Numbered from the whole stretch's first letter, positions 1 to 11,316 are shown. The stretch: DNA of 63,033 nucleotides, filler included, from Chrysochromulina tobinii (GCA_001275005.1; 12 parts of 12 records of this genome joined end to end with filler, not necessarily neighbours in it); one strand, 5' to 3'. Notes: generated by a model from the letters alone, not told the origin. Numbers and translations: made by a program.

Positions 1-2
1 TA

Positions 3-1256
3 CCCCCTCTGCCACCGCCGCCCTTGCCGTCTTCGCCGCCCCCCTCGCCACCGCCGCCGCTCTCGCCGCCGCCACCCTCGCCGCCAGCGATGAGCGTCGT
101 CGAATTCGCCCTCGAGCTCGCCGGCGACGTCTCCTCCTTCACCCCGAGCGTGCGGACCGAGATGAAGAGCGCGATCGCGGCCCGAGGGGGCGTAGACCCG
201 TCGGCGGTGGAGTTGACTGTCACGTCGGGCAGCGTCATCGTCGGCGTGCGCATCCTCACGCCCACGGTCATGGCGACCTCGGTGCAGTTGGCAATGGCCA
301 GCGCGACGAGTAACGCGAGCAGCGCGACCGCCATGCTCGCGAGCGTCACCGGCGTCTCGATCGCCGTGCTCGCGGTCGTGACGCCACCCACTACCACGGC
401 GGACGTCGCACCACCGCCGCCGCCGCCGCCAAACGCCCCCTTCATCATCAGCGCCGGTGGGGGCGAGATCAACATCTCGTCATCGTCCCTCGTCATCGCC
501 TCGCTGGCAGTGAGTGCTGCGCTTCTGTGCGGCCTGGTCATCTGCTGCACGGCGATGGTCTGCTGGTGGATGAGGCGCAGACAAGTCGAGCTGCGGCGCC
601 AAGGCGTCAACGACTGGCCACGCAATATATCCGCGGGCGCGGCCTCCGCAGACAAGCTCCCTCAGCAGCAGCCACACAATCGCAGCAGGGCGAGAGTTAT
701 AGCCTTGTCACCGCTTCCACTGCTCGGTGGCGGCGGCGGCGGTGGCGGCGGCGGTGGCAGCGGTGGCATCGAGATGAGCGGTCGCTTCGACCGTCATTCT
801 TTCGAAACGGAAGGCTCGTCCCGTGCAGACGGTACCGAGGGTGGCGTACAGCCGGCGATGGCGGGCGTCATCAGCGCTTCGGGCAGTAACATGATCCACA
901 CGCGCACGATGGCTGAGCGCTCGCGCATGCAGGACATGCCCGACATGGTGAGCCAGCAAAAGGAGGAGGTACAGAATGCGGCGGTGATGTCGGCGCGGGG
1001 TACCAGGGTAACTACCGGTGCCAAGGGACCCGGCGCTCCTTCGAAGGACGATGCCTCGCCGCCGCCATACGCGCCGCAGACCGCCTCGTCCGAGGGCGCC
1101 TTGCATGCAGTCGAGGTCCAAGGAGCCTCTCCGAGCATAGGGGGCGCCGCCCCAGTTGTGATGCCGCGTCTGGGTGAGGACTCCATCGTGCTGCATATAT
1201 CGCCAACTGCTATCGCCAACTTCTATTCCGAGTTTGAGGCCGAGTTGGACGCGTGA
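3..1256 (+). CDS. Pro-rich single-pass membrane protein (SPPPP linkers, SEA-like extracellular module, TM helix, disordered tail); 5' partial
   Basis: Frame open from position 3 to TGA at 1254-1256; PPPS tracts flank a ~95-aa module (VTSGSVIV); hydrophobic LVIASLAVSAALLCGLVICCTAMVCWW followed by RRR. Confidence 0.75.
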   Translation, partial: PPLPPPPLPSSPPPSPPPPLSPPPPSPPAMSVVEFALELAGDVSSFTPSVRTEMKSAIAARGGVDPSAVELTVTSGSVIVGVRILTPTVMATSVQLAMASATSNASSATAMLASVTGVSIAVLAVVTPPTTTADVAPPPPPPPNAPFIISAGGGEINISSSSLVIASLAVSAALLCGLVICCTAMVCWWMRRRQVELRRQGVNDWPRNISAGAASADKLPQQQPHNRSRARVIALSPLPLLGGGGGGGGGGGSGGIEMSGRFDRHSFETEGSSRADGTEGGVQPAMAGVISASGSNMIHTRTMAERSRMQDMPDMVSQQKEEVQNAAVMSARGTRVTTGAKGPGAPSKDDASPPPYAPQTASSEGALHAVEVQGASPSIGGAAPVVMPRLGEDSIVLHISPTAIANFYSEFEAELDA

Positions 1257-2415
1257 GCCTGTGAGCTGATGTGATGTGTGAAGTATGCGTAGTACATGTA
1301 CACTGTCACTGATGGTAGGAGCACCTCCACACTCATTCGAGATTGGTTGATCACGTGATTGAGCCTCGCTCAACACCCCAACACGAGCGTCGCTCGATCG
1401 ACATCCCAATGCGACGCCTAACTTGCCCGCGTCTTGCACAGCTGACCACACGATACAGGGAGCTTTGGCATTTCATGTTCCAAGCCGCTCAACAGGGACT
1501 CTCTATGCCATGCCAAGCATGGTTATCGGGGGGTCGAGCAATAATACTCAAATCCCTTAGTACTCTCGACTACGATCGCCACTACAGCTGCACAGTAGAT
1601 GTGGACGATCGGCAGGCAGGCAGGCCTGCGGCGAGATACTGACTTCATGGCCGGCAAGACGGCTGTTTCGGCGAGAATGTGCTCTCCGGTGGCGCTTAAT
1701 TGCCGGTCCGCGCCAGCCAGCGCGGCACACACCCGTACCGGCGACGGGCGGGCGAACGAAATTGCGTTCGCGCGTGACGAGCATGGTGACGAGCTGCAAG
1801 CTCACGGGGCGGGGAGAGTGTGGGAACAGCACGAGAGCCAGCACGACAGTTCCACAACAGCGCGTGTTCAGAACACGACACACAGTGGCTGAACCCCAAC
1901 AATGGCATCAAGGGAATCTCCGAAATCCATCCCCACCCGTCGCGACCCCCCCGCCCCCGAGCGAGAACCGAGCAGTGGCGTTTGTGGTAGCGAGCTCGAA
2001 CAGCTCTCAGCTGGGGGGTCGCTAGCCGTTCCGCTCGACCCGCCCGGTGTTCTGATGTGCAAGGGAAAACAGCCCCCAAGGGGGGACGGATCGGCTTACC
2101 ACACACTTGCATCCAAGCACCGCCCACTCACAACTCAATCACATACTATGGCCATAGTTACTCGTCCGAGCTCCGACACGGGTGGGCGGGTGGGTTCGGA
2201 CACAAACAATCGAAATTGTAACAAGCGTCCAAGGACCGCGCGGCTCTCACCCGCGGTGGGACGGCCGCGATGCCGGAGACGACGTCGCAACCTGCGAGAC
2301 GCGTAGTCTCCCTCTCTCGTTCCATGCTCTCGTTCACACGAAACGCGTAATCCGGGTAACTTGTTCACACACCTTTAAGACACCGGCTCGCCTCAATACA
2401 GAGTCTGTCTCGTTC

Positions 2416-2484
2416 ATCCCCTCTCCGACTCTAACCGTCACTCAGCTTGAGCCATATCCCCTCTCCGACTCTAACCGTCACTCA
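2416..2484. repeat. Two direct copies of ATCCCCTCTCCGACTCTAACCGTCACTCA, 40-nt period
   Basis: Read directly at 2416-2444 and 2456-2484. Confidence 0.8.
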
Positions 2485-2906
2485 CCCTGAGTTACCGTGA
2501 CCCTCAGTTACGGTAGTGCCTGCTCTTGCTCACGCTGTCTCGAGCGCGAGCGGCGGCCTCCCTTTCAGCCTCGCACCATATCGAACTCCCTCCCTGCGGC
2601 CTACCTGCGGCCGGAGACGCGTACCCGCGTCACCCCATGGCAGGCATCCCACACGACGACCGTTCCACCAACATGTTGGACAGACGGGCGGCTTGCATCT
2701 CAGTTGTTGTATCTCAGTTGTATCTCACTGGTATGCTCCTGGTGGGCTGAAACATATCTTGAGCTGAACAAATCTGTCCTTCCGTCTCCCGCCCAACCCT
2801 GAACGGACTCGGGGCACGAATGTGCATGCGCGCCGCATGCATGCAAGAGTCCTCTCAGCTAGACGTCCTGCAGCAGGTACGCTTTCGCTATCAGCTGCGC
2901 TTGCAC

Positions 2907-4013
2907 TTAGACGTTGAAAGTGAACGTCATGGAGGCTCCACTTGTGAAGGTCGTGCCGTAGTTGACATTGTTGATTCTCACGTAGCCTCCGTGCCAGCCG
3001 TCCCCGAAGGAATCCAGGAGGAGGAGAGTGTGCGAGCCAGGGGCGAGGCACCGCGAGTACGTGTACGTCTGGGAGTCGGCCAGCGTTCCCGAGGTGATTG
3101 TGACGCCGTCGATCTTGAAGCTGATCTCAGACGCCCATGTCCGTGTGAACAGCTGCACAGGAACAGAGCTCGTCCCTCCTGGGCAGCTTGCAACCGGCGG
3201 CGATAGCGATGGCGCCGGCGCCGGCGCGGAGCCGATGTTGAACGTGAACGTCATGGAGGCTCCACTTGTGAAGGTCGTGCCGTAGTTGACATTGTTGATT
3301 CTCACGTAGCCTCCGTGCCAGCCGTCCCCGAAGGAATCAAGGAGGAGGAGAAAGTGCGAACCAGGGGCGAGGCACGGCGAGTACGTGTACGTCTGGGAGT
3401 TGGCCAGCGTTCCCGAGGTGATTGTAACGCCATCGATCTTGAAGCTGATCTCATCCGCCCACATCTGTGTGAACAGCTGCACAGGAACAGAGCTTCTCGC
3501 TGCTGGGCAGCTTGTAACCGGCGGCGATAGCGATGGCAGCGGCAGCGGCGGCCGTAGCGATGGCGGGCTTGCAACCGGCGGTGATACCGCCGGCGCCGGC
3601 GGCGGCGCGGGGCCGATGTAGAATATGGCCGACATGGAGGCTCCACTTGTGAAGGTCGTGCCGTAGTTGACATTGTTGATTCTCACGTAGCCTCCGTGCC
3701 AGCCGTCCCCGAAGGAATCAAGGAGGAGGAGAAAGTGCGAACCAGGGGCGAGGCACGGCGAGTACGTGTACGTCTGGGAGTTGGCCAGCGTTCCCGAGGT
3801 GATTGTAACGCCATCGATCTTGAAGCTGATCTCATCCGCCCACATCTGTGTGAACAGCTGCACAGGAACAGAGCTCGTCCCTGCTGGGCAGCTTGCAACC
3901 GGCGGCGATAGCGATGGCAGCGGCAGCGGCGGCCGTAGCGATGGCGGGCTTGCAACCGGCGGTGATACCGCCGGCGCCGGCGGCGGCGCGGGGCCGATGT
4001 AGAATATGGCCGA
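2907..4013 (-). CDS. Extracellular repeat protein: three complete ~90-aa two-Cys domains with a DSFGDGWHGG motif, Pro-rich linkers and the tail of a fourth copy; 5' partial
   Basis: Near-identical DNA repeats with periods of 324 and 381 nt; frame open to the contig edge at 4013; stop at 2907. Confidence 0.8.
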   Translation of the reverse strand, partial: SAIFYIGPAPPPAPAVSPPVASPPSLRPPLPLPSLSPPVASCPAGTSSVPVQLFTQMWADEISFKIDGVTITSGTLANSQTYTYSPCLAPGSHFLLLLDSFGDGWHGGYVRINNVNYGTTFTSGASMSAIFYIGPAPPPAPAVSPPVASPPSLRPPLPLPSLSPPVTSCPAARSSVPVQLFTQMWADEISFKIDGVTITSGTLANSQTYTYSPCLAPGSHFLLLLDSFGDGWHGGYVRINNVNYGTTFTSGASMTFTFNIGSAPAPAPSLSPPVASCPGGTSSVPVQLFTRTWASEISFKIDGVTITSGTLADSQTYTYSRCLAPGSHTLLLLDSFGDGWHGGYVRINNVNYGTTFTSGASMTFTFNV

Positions 4014-4113
4014 NNNNNNNNNNNNNNNNNNNNNNNNNNNNNNNNNNNNNNNNNNNNTTAATTAATTAANNNNNNNNNNNNNNNNNNNNNNNNNNNNNNN
4101 NNNNNNNNNNNNN
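4014..4113. other. Artificial contig linker N44-TTAATTAATTAA-N44 (also at 8386, 22077, 27447, 29872, 31988, 38842, 46619, 48635, 51076, 60529; each 100 nt)
   Basis: Identical N-flanked six-frame-stop spacer, eleven copies. Confidence 0.99.
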
Positions 4114-5311
4114 GGTGCTCTCGGCGATGCTCTCGGTGATCGGGTGATGACCTTGGCGCTTTGGCGGGCAATATCTCAGCAAGAGCAACCGGACCTCGTG
4201 CAGTCGTGCTCTTCTGCTCTTGGCAACGATCTTGGCAAGGAGCTGGTGGGTTTGAGCGGTGCAGATGCCATGGATGCTGGGGGTTCTCACATGCGAGAAC
4301 CGCGCTGTCTCGAGAAAGGGCTCCTCCGGCAAAGCGGACTCGGCCCGCATGTTCATCAACACCGCCAGCATGCATGTCGAGCTCCTCGCCCTGCGCGTCG
4401 AATCCTGGTTTGCTTCCGTCTACTCAGAAGACAACCTTTCCGACCTCCCCTTTTGAGGCGACTTCCGTCTTCTTGAGGCCCTCAACGCTCTGTGGAGGAC
4501 GTGCATCCTACCACGCATCCACGCGGTGGGCCGTTCCCCGCGGCCTGAGAGAGCGGCGGGACGAGAGACGTGCTAGACAGCTAGAGGGCCACGCGCGCCC
4601 GACACAGTCCACAGTGGGTGATCTCAAGAAATTGTCGAGGCCTACCCCCTGCACACCGGGAAAGAATACCTAATAAGGATATCTGGATATCTGGTGCTTC
4701 CAAAGAGCGCCTTGCGAGCTGCGCAATTGCGAATTCGTAATTGCGCAAGCATGTAGCATTGTGTGACCGTTCTGGGTCGCAATAACCTGCGACAGCACAT
4801 ATTCTCTCTTTTTGAAACCAATTGTTTCATATCTGAAACCCTCCTGCCTGTGAGCCAACGCTGGGGACTTTGATCAAAGCGAAAGTGCAGGCGGCATTGA
4901 GTGCCGCTCGCAGCGCAGCGCAACGACTCCGGTACAGAAACGATGACGAACCACGGTGTGAATAGCGCCGACAGTCAACTCAAGGGACTCAACGCTACAT
5001 GTAAACACACTCTCACCTCCTTACATGTAGCGGCGCCCCGCTTGCTGGCCTGTTGCCAGTAGTCATGTAAGCGCGCCCCCCCGGGGACGCGCCTGCATGA
5101 GCGCCGCTGTACTGTGTGGTCCTGTTTTAAATTCACACACACACACAATTCATGTGAGCTCGGCGCGGCGCTCTTGCGCCGCGGCGGTCGTCTAGTTCTT
5201 GTGAAAATCTGTGTGGACAATCCGGCGTCTCCTTTTCAGCCTGCTTGTCTTCCTGGCGTCCTCACGTGGCCGTCCCGAGGCTTCGAGGCCGCTTCGACCA
5301 CCGAGTACACG

Positions 5312-5846
5312 ATGTACGGCTCGTCGTCCAGATCGGAGTCGCTAATGGGCGCGCCGCCTCCGCAAGTCGTTATCCAGCAGCAGGACACCGTGATCCGGGC
5401 GCAGGATAAAGCGCTGGACCAGCTCTCCGCGTCCGTCGGAATGTTGCATCGCATGGGCAACGAGATCCACGGCGAGCTCATCACGCAGGTATCGCTGCTC
5501 CGCCGCCACCGCAGCACGGCCGTCCTCTGCAAGCGTGGAGCCCCGTGCCACTGACAGCTTTGGTGCCGCTCTTGTTCGGCAGAGTAACTTGATCGATGAT
5601 CTGGACCGAGGGGTGGACCAGACCAAGGACGCACTCGTTTCGCAGCAGGGTCGGCTCAAGCAGCTGATCAAAAAATCAAAAGACAATTGGCTATTTTGCG
5701 TCATCAGTGCGCGCGAGCCTTGCATGCCATGCCTTCCCCCTCGCCATGCATGCGAAGCCGCAATACCTGAGCGCTTGTCGTTCGTGCGAACAGTCCTCTT
5801 GATCGTCGTCCTCGGCCTCGTTCTGTACTTTGCTCTGATGAACTAG
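5312..5846 (+). CDS. Small Qc-type SNARE (syntaxin-6/8/Bet1-like), 117 aa; join(5312..5488,5583..5706,5794..5846)
   Basis: [46 protein letters not shown] heptads with central Q; two GT-AG introns restore the frame and a C-terminal TM anchor. Confidence 0.85.
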
Positions 5847-6094
5847 CTGGTGTACTACCACCCTGGGCTACCACCCGGGGGGGCTGAGAAAGGCTCGCCG
5901 GCGCGTCGCGAGGATCAAGCGGTGTGCGGTGGAGCGCGAGGTGTGTCTCGCCAGAGCGGACGCGAGGTCTGCCGCATTGATGTAAGTACGGCATGAGTGC
6001 GTGTGTGCGTGGCTGTCTTTGTAGCGGAGCTCCGAGGAAAAAAATGCGTGTATACTCAGAGTGCAGCAAGCTACTCAACCGCCTGAAGGAGCCG

Positions 6095-6835
6095 TCAAGC
6101 GCTTATCAGTCCTCGTGAGCCCAGCTGCTCATCTGCATGCAAGCGTACGGCCGTCTGCAGCACCTCGTACACCTGCCGCGCGCCTTCGAGCGCAAAGTTG
6201 AGCACCTCATCGACGGAACTGAGCGGCAGCTTCGATTCCAGCTGCATGTACCCGACGCGCTCGGAGCCGGGCAGTAGTCCAACCGAAAGCTCTGCGCCCG
6301 CTCCGTGCTCCTGCGCAGTCAAGTCGAGCAGGAGTGCGCCTTGGACCGAGCCAGCCGAGCAAGCGCACACGAAATCCTCCATGGCGATGCCAGCATCGAT
6401 GAGCGCTAGGGTCGTCGCGTTGATCGCGGCCGAGCGCACGCCACCGTCGGCCTGCAGCAGCATGATGCTCACGATGATCTGTGAGCGTGGGTAGAGCTGC
6501 AGCTGCATGACCGGTTCAAACGTGTGGCGGACTGCCGCGGCAAGCTCGGCGGCCGCACGGTCTCCGTGCGCCTGAGGCTTGTGCTCGCCGGTCGCGTAAG
6601 GAAGCGCGACGAATTCGCACGTCAGCATTGCACGGTCATGCGCCTGCTTGCGTTTGGAGACGCACTCATGAGGGCCGCTGACGCTCACAAGCACCTTGGT
6701 GTTGCCCTGCTCGACGTACGCGGAGCCATCGGCGTCTGGCAGTGCGCCCATCCGGCAGCGCAGTCGCCGCGCCTCACCCGCGCGCCGACCGTCGATGCGG
6801 AAGCCCTCAGGGGAGAGGAACTCGGAGCGCGACAT
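6095..6835 (-). CDS. RRP41: Exosome complex component RRP41 (RNase PH family)
   Basis: SPEGFRIDGRR, ADGSAYVEQGNTKV, YPRSQI, QADGG..SAAINATTLALIDAGI motifs; 246 aa, no introns. Confidence 0.95.
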   Translation of the reverse strand: MSRSEFLSPEGFRIDGRRAGEARRLRCRMGALPDADGSAYVEQGNTKVLVSVSGPHECVSKRKQAHDRAMLTCEFVALPYATGEHKPQAHGDRAAAELAAAVRHTFEPVMQLQLYPRSQIIVSIMLLQADGGVRSAAINATTLALIDAGIAMEDFVCACSAGSVQGALLLDLTAQEHGAGAELSVGLLPGSERVGYMQLESKLPLSSVDEVLNFALEGARQVYEVLQTAVRLHADEQLGSRGLISA

Positions 6836-7028
6836 CGGGCGTCACGTCGCCGCGAGAGCCTCTCGAGGTGTGAACAAACGACTCTGAAGCACACACCGTC
6901 GCTCACCCACGAACGTGCTCGAGCTGTGTGAATGACGATGAAAGCCTCCGTGCACAGCACAGGACGAGGGCGACTCGGGAGCGTCCACAAAGCGCACGCC
7001 TACAGTGGGTCGACGATTGCCCAACCCT
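6836..7028. promoter_or_regulatory. Probable bidirectional promoter between RRP41 and CIR1
   Basis: 193 nt separate two divergent start codons; inferred from geometry only. Confidence 0.5.
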
Positions 7029-8042
7029 ATGTCGCTCTCCTTCCTCGGCAAGAAGAGCTTCCACCCGAGTAACCCGAAAAATGTGGCTAAGCTCTTCGCC
7101 GCCGAGCAAAAGCTCGAGCACGAAGCCAAGCGTGCTGAGGAGCTCAAGCACGAGGCCGAGCAGGAGGAGGCGCGGCGGCAAGCCCGTGCACTACTCGGCA
7201 AGAGTGCGGAGCCAGAGAGCGTGCCGTCGGCCATTTCATTCATGTACCAGAAGCCCCCGGGCATGGCGGAGGCTCAGAGCCGCCATGAGCGGAAGGAGCG
7301 TGACGACGCCCAAAAGACCAAGGCTGAGCTGGATGCCGAGCGCTTCCCCATCCTGAAGAATGCGCCTCGAGAGGGCGAGTACACGAACAACATCGATGTG
7401 CAGCACAAGCCCTTTGCCTTGCATTTGCGCAAGGTTCAGTGTAAACGCTGCTTGCAGTGGGGCCACTCCCTCGGTGACCGCGAGTGTCCGCTGCGGGACA
7501 CCACGGACCCGAAGGACGAGCAGCAGAAGGCGCGCGAGGACCCCATCAGCCGTGCGGCGGGCACGGAGGCGAGCGGCGGCGCGCTCCGCTGGGCGCCCAA
7601 GGCTGCCCCCGACGCGGGCCTCGTCGGCGGCGCGAGCACGAGCGATCACAATCAGCAGTTCGTGGCCATGGTCGACGAGGGTATGGAAGCGACCGTGGGT
7701 GGCTCGGACGCGTTGATGGGCGCAGCGGGCGCGGGCATGGAGGAGCTGGACCCAGCCGTGCTCGCCATGCTCACCGAGAAGCAGAGGCGCAAGCTGCTCA
7801 AAATGTACCAACGGGAGCTCTCGCAGCTCGAGGGTGGTGCCCACGACAGCGCGGTCGACGAGGTCGGAGACACCCGTAAGCGTAAGAAGCACCACCATCA
7901 GAAGGAGGCGAAGCACCACAAGGACAAGCGTCACAAGGATACCGGTAAGCACAGCGACAAGTCCAAGAAGCGCTCGCATGGCAAGCACAGCAAACGCGAC
8001 GAGGATGAGAGTGGGGATGACAGCAGCGGCTCGGGACGATAG
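7029..8042 (+). CDS. CIR1: CIR1-like protein (Cir_N domain, zinc knuckle, Lys/His-rich tail)
   Basis: FLGKKSFHPSNPKNVAKLFAAEQK; SFMYQKPPG; FPILKNAP; CKRCLQWGHSLGDRECP. Confidence 0.85.
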   Translation: MSLSFLGKKSFHPSNPKNVAKLFAAEQKLEHEAKRAEELKHEAEQEEARRQARALLGKSAEPESVPSAISFMYQKPPGMAEAQSRHERKERDDAQKTKAELDAERFPILKNAPREGEYTNNIDVQHKPFALHLRKVQCKRCLQWGHSLGDRECPLRDTTDPKDEQQKAREDPISRAAGTEASGGALRWAPKAAPDAGLVGGASTSDHNQQFVAMVDEGMEATVGGSDALMGAAGAGMEELDPAVLAMLTEKQRRKLLKMYQRELSQLEGGAHDSAVDEVGDTRKRKKHHHQKEAKHHKDKRHKDTGKHSDKSKKRSHGKHSKRDEDESGDDSSGSGR

Positions 8043-8485
8043 GCCGCGCTGTAGTGAAGTGCGAGCCGAGAGCGGACTTTGTGCGAGAGTTTTATGATTT
8101 ATCTGAACACAAGCTACCCTAATGAAAAGGACTCCCTGGAGACCTATCATGTTTGACTTGACTTGTTTTGTGGAGCGGCGCGCGCGTCCCTTCCCTTCGC
8201 GTGTCGCGGGTCACGCTCAGCGGAGCAGCCGGTACGGCGCGAGTCGGGAGGGGGGTTAGGCCCCCGGGGGGGGCAAAGGGGGGGGCGGTGGAAGAGCGCG
8301 GCGGACGCGTGTCGCCCTGCCTGCGTCAGATTCCGGGAATCGGGAGGCAGGTTTCGTCGCGTCCGCGAACTCCCTCGCTCGTCGGNNNNNNNNNNNNNNN
8401 NNNNNNNNNNNNNNNNNNNNNNNNNNNNNTTAATTAATTAANNNNNNNNNNNNNNNNNNNNNNNNNNNNNNNNNNNNNNNNNNNN

Positions 8486-9247
8486 GCGCGGGGGGGGATG
8501 CGGCGGCGACGGCGGCTGCTTGGGCGGCGGCGGAGAGGGGGGTGGCGGCGGCGAGATTGGCGGCGGCGGCGACGGCTCGGGCCGAAACGGCGAGGGCGGC
8601 GGTGGGGGCCGGGGCTCGGGCGACGGTGGGATCATGGGGCTCGGTGGCATGGAGGGGAATGCATAGCCGCCTCCGCATCCGCAGCAGAGAACGTCGGGAG
8701 TGGTATCCATCCACGCATAGGTGGAGCAGCGTCTGGCCGTGTCGCTCGCATTTTCGGTCATCCACGTGCAGTCCTGCCAGCCGACAGAAGCCCAGCCACC
8801 AGGAGCATACCGATTGACGAGCCAGCCATTGTTAAGCTCTTCCGAGCGCACGCCGTCCATGCACGGAGGTGGAGGCGCGGGAGGGGACCGGGGAGGCAGG
8901 GGTGCCAGCGGCGGCTGCGGCGGCGGGGGCGCGAACTGGCTGCCGCCGCCGCACGAGCAGCACATGGTTGTTGGTAGGCGCTCAGAGGCAATTGTGGCCC
9001 ATCGATACGTGGTGCACCGGCTGACCGGGGAGGCATCGAAGAAGCTGCAATTTGCCGCGGGGAAGGGGGCCCAGTTCCCGGTAGCCCTGACGACGAAAAA
9101 GCCCGACCACGCAGTTGATGGCCAAGGGGCATAGTTGAAGGTGGCCCCCGGCCTGGGCGGAGTGCGTGGCGCCGCGTGGTTGAAGCATGAAGTGGACATC
9201 AGCCCGCGCCCGTCGAGGAATTCGCATCTCAAACGTGTTTCTGCCAT
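8486..9247 (-). CDS. Pro-rich extracellular protein with two Cys-rich CCxCGGG modules; 3' partial, start uncertain
   Basis: MCCSCGGG and LCCGCGGG each followed by PPPS tracts; runs into the linker. Confidence 0.65.
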
Positions 9248-9417
9248 CGAGTTTCGTTTATATAACGGAATGCATGCATGCCCCGCGCTCTCGTTCTTTC
9301 GCGCGCGCGCCGGCCTGGGCGCGCGGGCCCGAACACTTCGCGCAATTCGACATCCTTGGGCGTGAATGCCACGATCGTGGAGCCTTCGCTTGGCCCAGTC
9401 GCGTTCGGCACTCGATC

Positions 9418-10599
9418 ATGGCGTTCTTGCCCGTGTCGATCATGAACGACCACGCGTCAGCATTAGGAGTCTGGCTGGACTCGAACTTTCAAGGCGCCAC
9501 CGTTCTCCACATTGACCGGCACTCCGACCTCGCGAGTCCATCGCGGTGTCGTCCGAATGTCATGCCCGTGCACGACCGTGCGGCATGGCGGGCGTGCACC
9601 GACCGCGCCGGCTTCCAGCTCGCCGCGGCGTGGCTGGGCACGGTGGACCGTGTGTGGTGGCTCAAGCCTGGCTCGTCCGACAACCATCGTGACTGGCAGC
9701 ACGGCTTTGTGTCCGCCGCATCGCCACATGACAAGGCCTCACTTTTCTGGTCGGCTCTGCCACCCACGCACGGCACCGTCCAGAGGCTCGCGACACGAGT
9801 GAGTGACCTGCACGAGCTCTCGCGCTCCGTCGCAGACAGCCGTGGGCCGCTTCTGCTCGATGTGGATCTTGATTATTGGGGCGGCGCGGCTGGTCCATCG
9901 CGGCCGGCGTGGGAGATCCCCGCACTCCGCCAGTGCGCCGAGCTTCTCCGGTCGATAGGGTCGGCAGCGTGGGGCGACGCACGCGGCCAGCGGACGACCG
10001 ACTCGCTCTGGCCCGCCCTGCTCGACGGCCGCGCGCTGCCGTCGACGAATGCGAGCGCCATGCCGAGCGCACGAGCGCCGTGGCGAGCGCACGAGCGCCG
10101 TGGCGAGCGCATGGGCGCCGTGGCGAGCGCTCCTCCTCCTCCTCGGCACACGAGGCTGCTCTCCCGGTGCGCTGTGGAGCTGGCAAGCCAAGGCCTCTCA
10201 GCGGAGCAACGGGCGAGGCTGCGGTTCGCCAAGCAGCTGGGGCTTTCGTTGCCCGAGGCACTGAGCGCGCTGGCCCCCGACTTGGACGACAACCTGCACG
10301 CGTGCGATCCCGTGGATGAGGGTCAGCTCACCGCACTCTTACGCCTACTGCCCACGCCCGCCGCGGTGACGATTGCTCGTTCGATCGATGGGTTCGTGCC
10401 ATTCCGATGCGTTGAGCCCCTCGAGGCGGCGGTCCTGCGAGCCCTTCGTGCGGCCTTTGCCAACTCGACCGCCAGTGCCACGCCCGGTGCGAGCAGTTGC
10501 ACTCTCACTCTCAGCAGCCGTGCTCCTGTTGCACTCGCCATCGACTATCTTCCGGGCTGTGCGAGTAGCGCGAGCTTGCGCGCCCTGCGCCGTTCTTAG
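9418..10599 (+). CDS. UPF0489 (C5orf22-like) family protein; start uncertain
   Basis: NDH, VLHIDRHSDL, LLLDVDLDYW and VTIARS.DGFVP motifs in family order. Confidence 0.7.
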   Translation: MAFLPVSIMNDHASALGVWLDSNFQGATVLHIDRHSDLASPSRCRPNVMPVHDRAAWRACTDRAGFQLAAAWLGTVDRVWWLKPGSSDNHRDWQHGFVSAASPHDKASLFWSALPPTHGTVQRLATRVSDLHELSRSVADSRGPLLLDVDLDYWGGAAGPSRPAWEIPALRQCAELLRSIGSAAWGDARGQRTTDSLWPALLDGRALPSTNASAMPSARAPWRAHERRGERMGAVASAPPPPRHTRLLSRCAVELASQGLSAEQRARLRFAKQLGLSLPEALSALAPDLDDNLHACDPVDEGQLTALLRLLPTPAAVTIARSIDGFVPFRCVEPLEAAVLRALRAAFANSTASATPGASSCTLTLSSRAPVALAIDYLPGCASSASLRALRRS

Positions 10600-10724
10600 T
10601 GTACCACATATGTTCAACTAGGTAGAGTGTAGCTTGCGAGTAGCGCGAGCCTGCGCCGTGACAACACGTGCTAACGATGCACGCCGATGTTGTGCGATAT
10701 CCTTGTGGTTACACCAGCCGCTCT

Positions 10725-11108
10725 CTATGTAAACCTCTGCTCTCTATGTAATACATGATTACCCGGCTGCTGCCTCCACGGCCGCCAGCGCGGAAGCTCA
10801 AATCCCTCGGGCGCCTCCACGTGGTTCGGAGGGACGGTGAGGAGCGCCATGGGCTCCATCATGATGCACGCTAGCAATGCCTCGCACAGCGTTGTGCCAC
10901 GCAGTCTCCGACAGTAGCATTCGATGCACACGAGCAAGAGGAGGCTTCCGACCACGAGAAGCACAATGATGATGGCCACGTTCGGGCCTTGCTCGCTGGA
11001 ATCGTCGTCGACTCTTGGCGGCGCCACCGGCAGTATTGGTGATGCCAGCGGAGGCGCCAGCAATGGCGGGCTGCTGTTGGGCGGCGCCCTCGGCGGGGGA
11101 CTTGACAT
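10725..11108 (-). CDS. Small single-pass membrane protein
   Basis: Pro-rich N-terminus, VAIIIVLLVVGSLLLLVCI helix, then CYCRR. Confidence 0.55.
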   Translation of the reverse strand: MSSPPPRAPPNSSPPLLAPPLASPILPVAPPRVDDDSSEQGPNVAIIIVLLVVGSLLLLVCIECYCRRLRGTTLCEALLACIMMEPMALLTVPPNHVEAPEGFELPRWRPWRQQPGNHVLHREQRFT

Positions 11109-11316
11109 CCGCGAGCCGAGTTGGGCGTTTGCTGACCGTGACGGCCAGGGTAAGTGCCAGGGTTGGGGATATATCTGATGTTAGTTACTGTAGCAGCCCA
11201 CATCACGACGAATCGGCGCTAACGCTAAACTTGTCAGTGTTCTCGGCGCGAGCGTTCACCTGCGAGAAGTGTCGCGGAGAGAGTGGCCCGTTGGACGCGC
11301 GACTCTCCTTGTCGCG

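Noticed and set aside
1343..2400. Short overlapping ORFs in contig 1
   Set aside because: No recognisable motifs; expected by chance in GC-rich DNA
4114..4673. ORFs at the start of contig 2
   Set aside because: No frame could be singled out as coding
5489..5793. SNARE introns as members of the cassette families
   Set aside because: No exon duplication and no shared cassette; ordinary GT-AG introns
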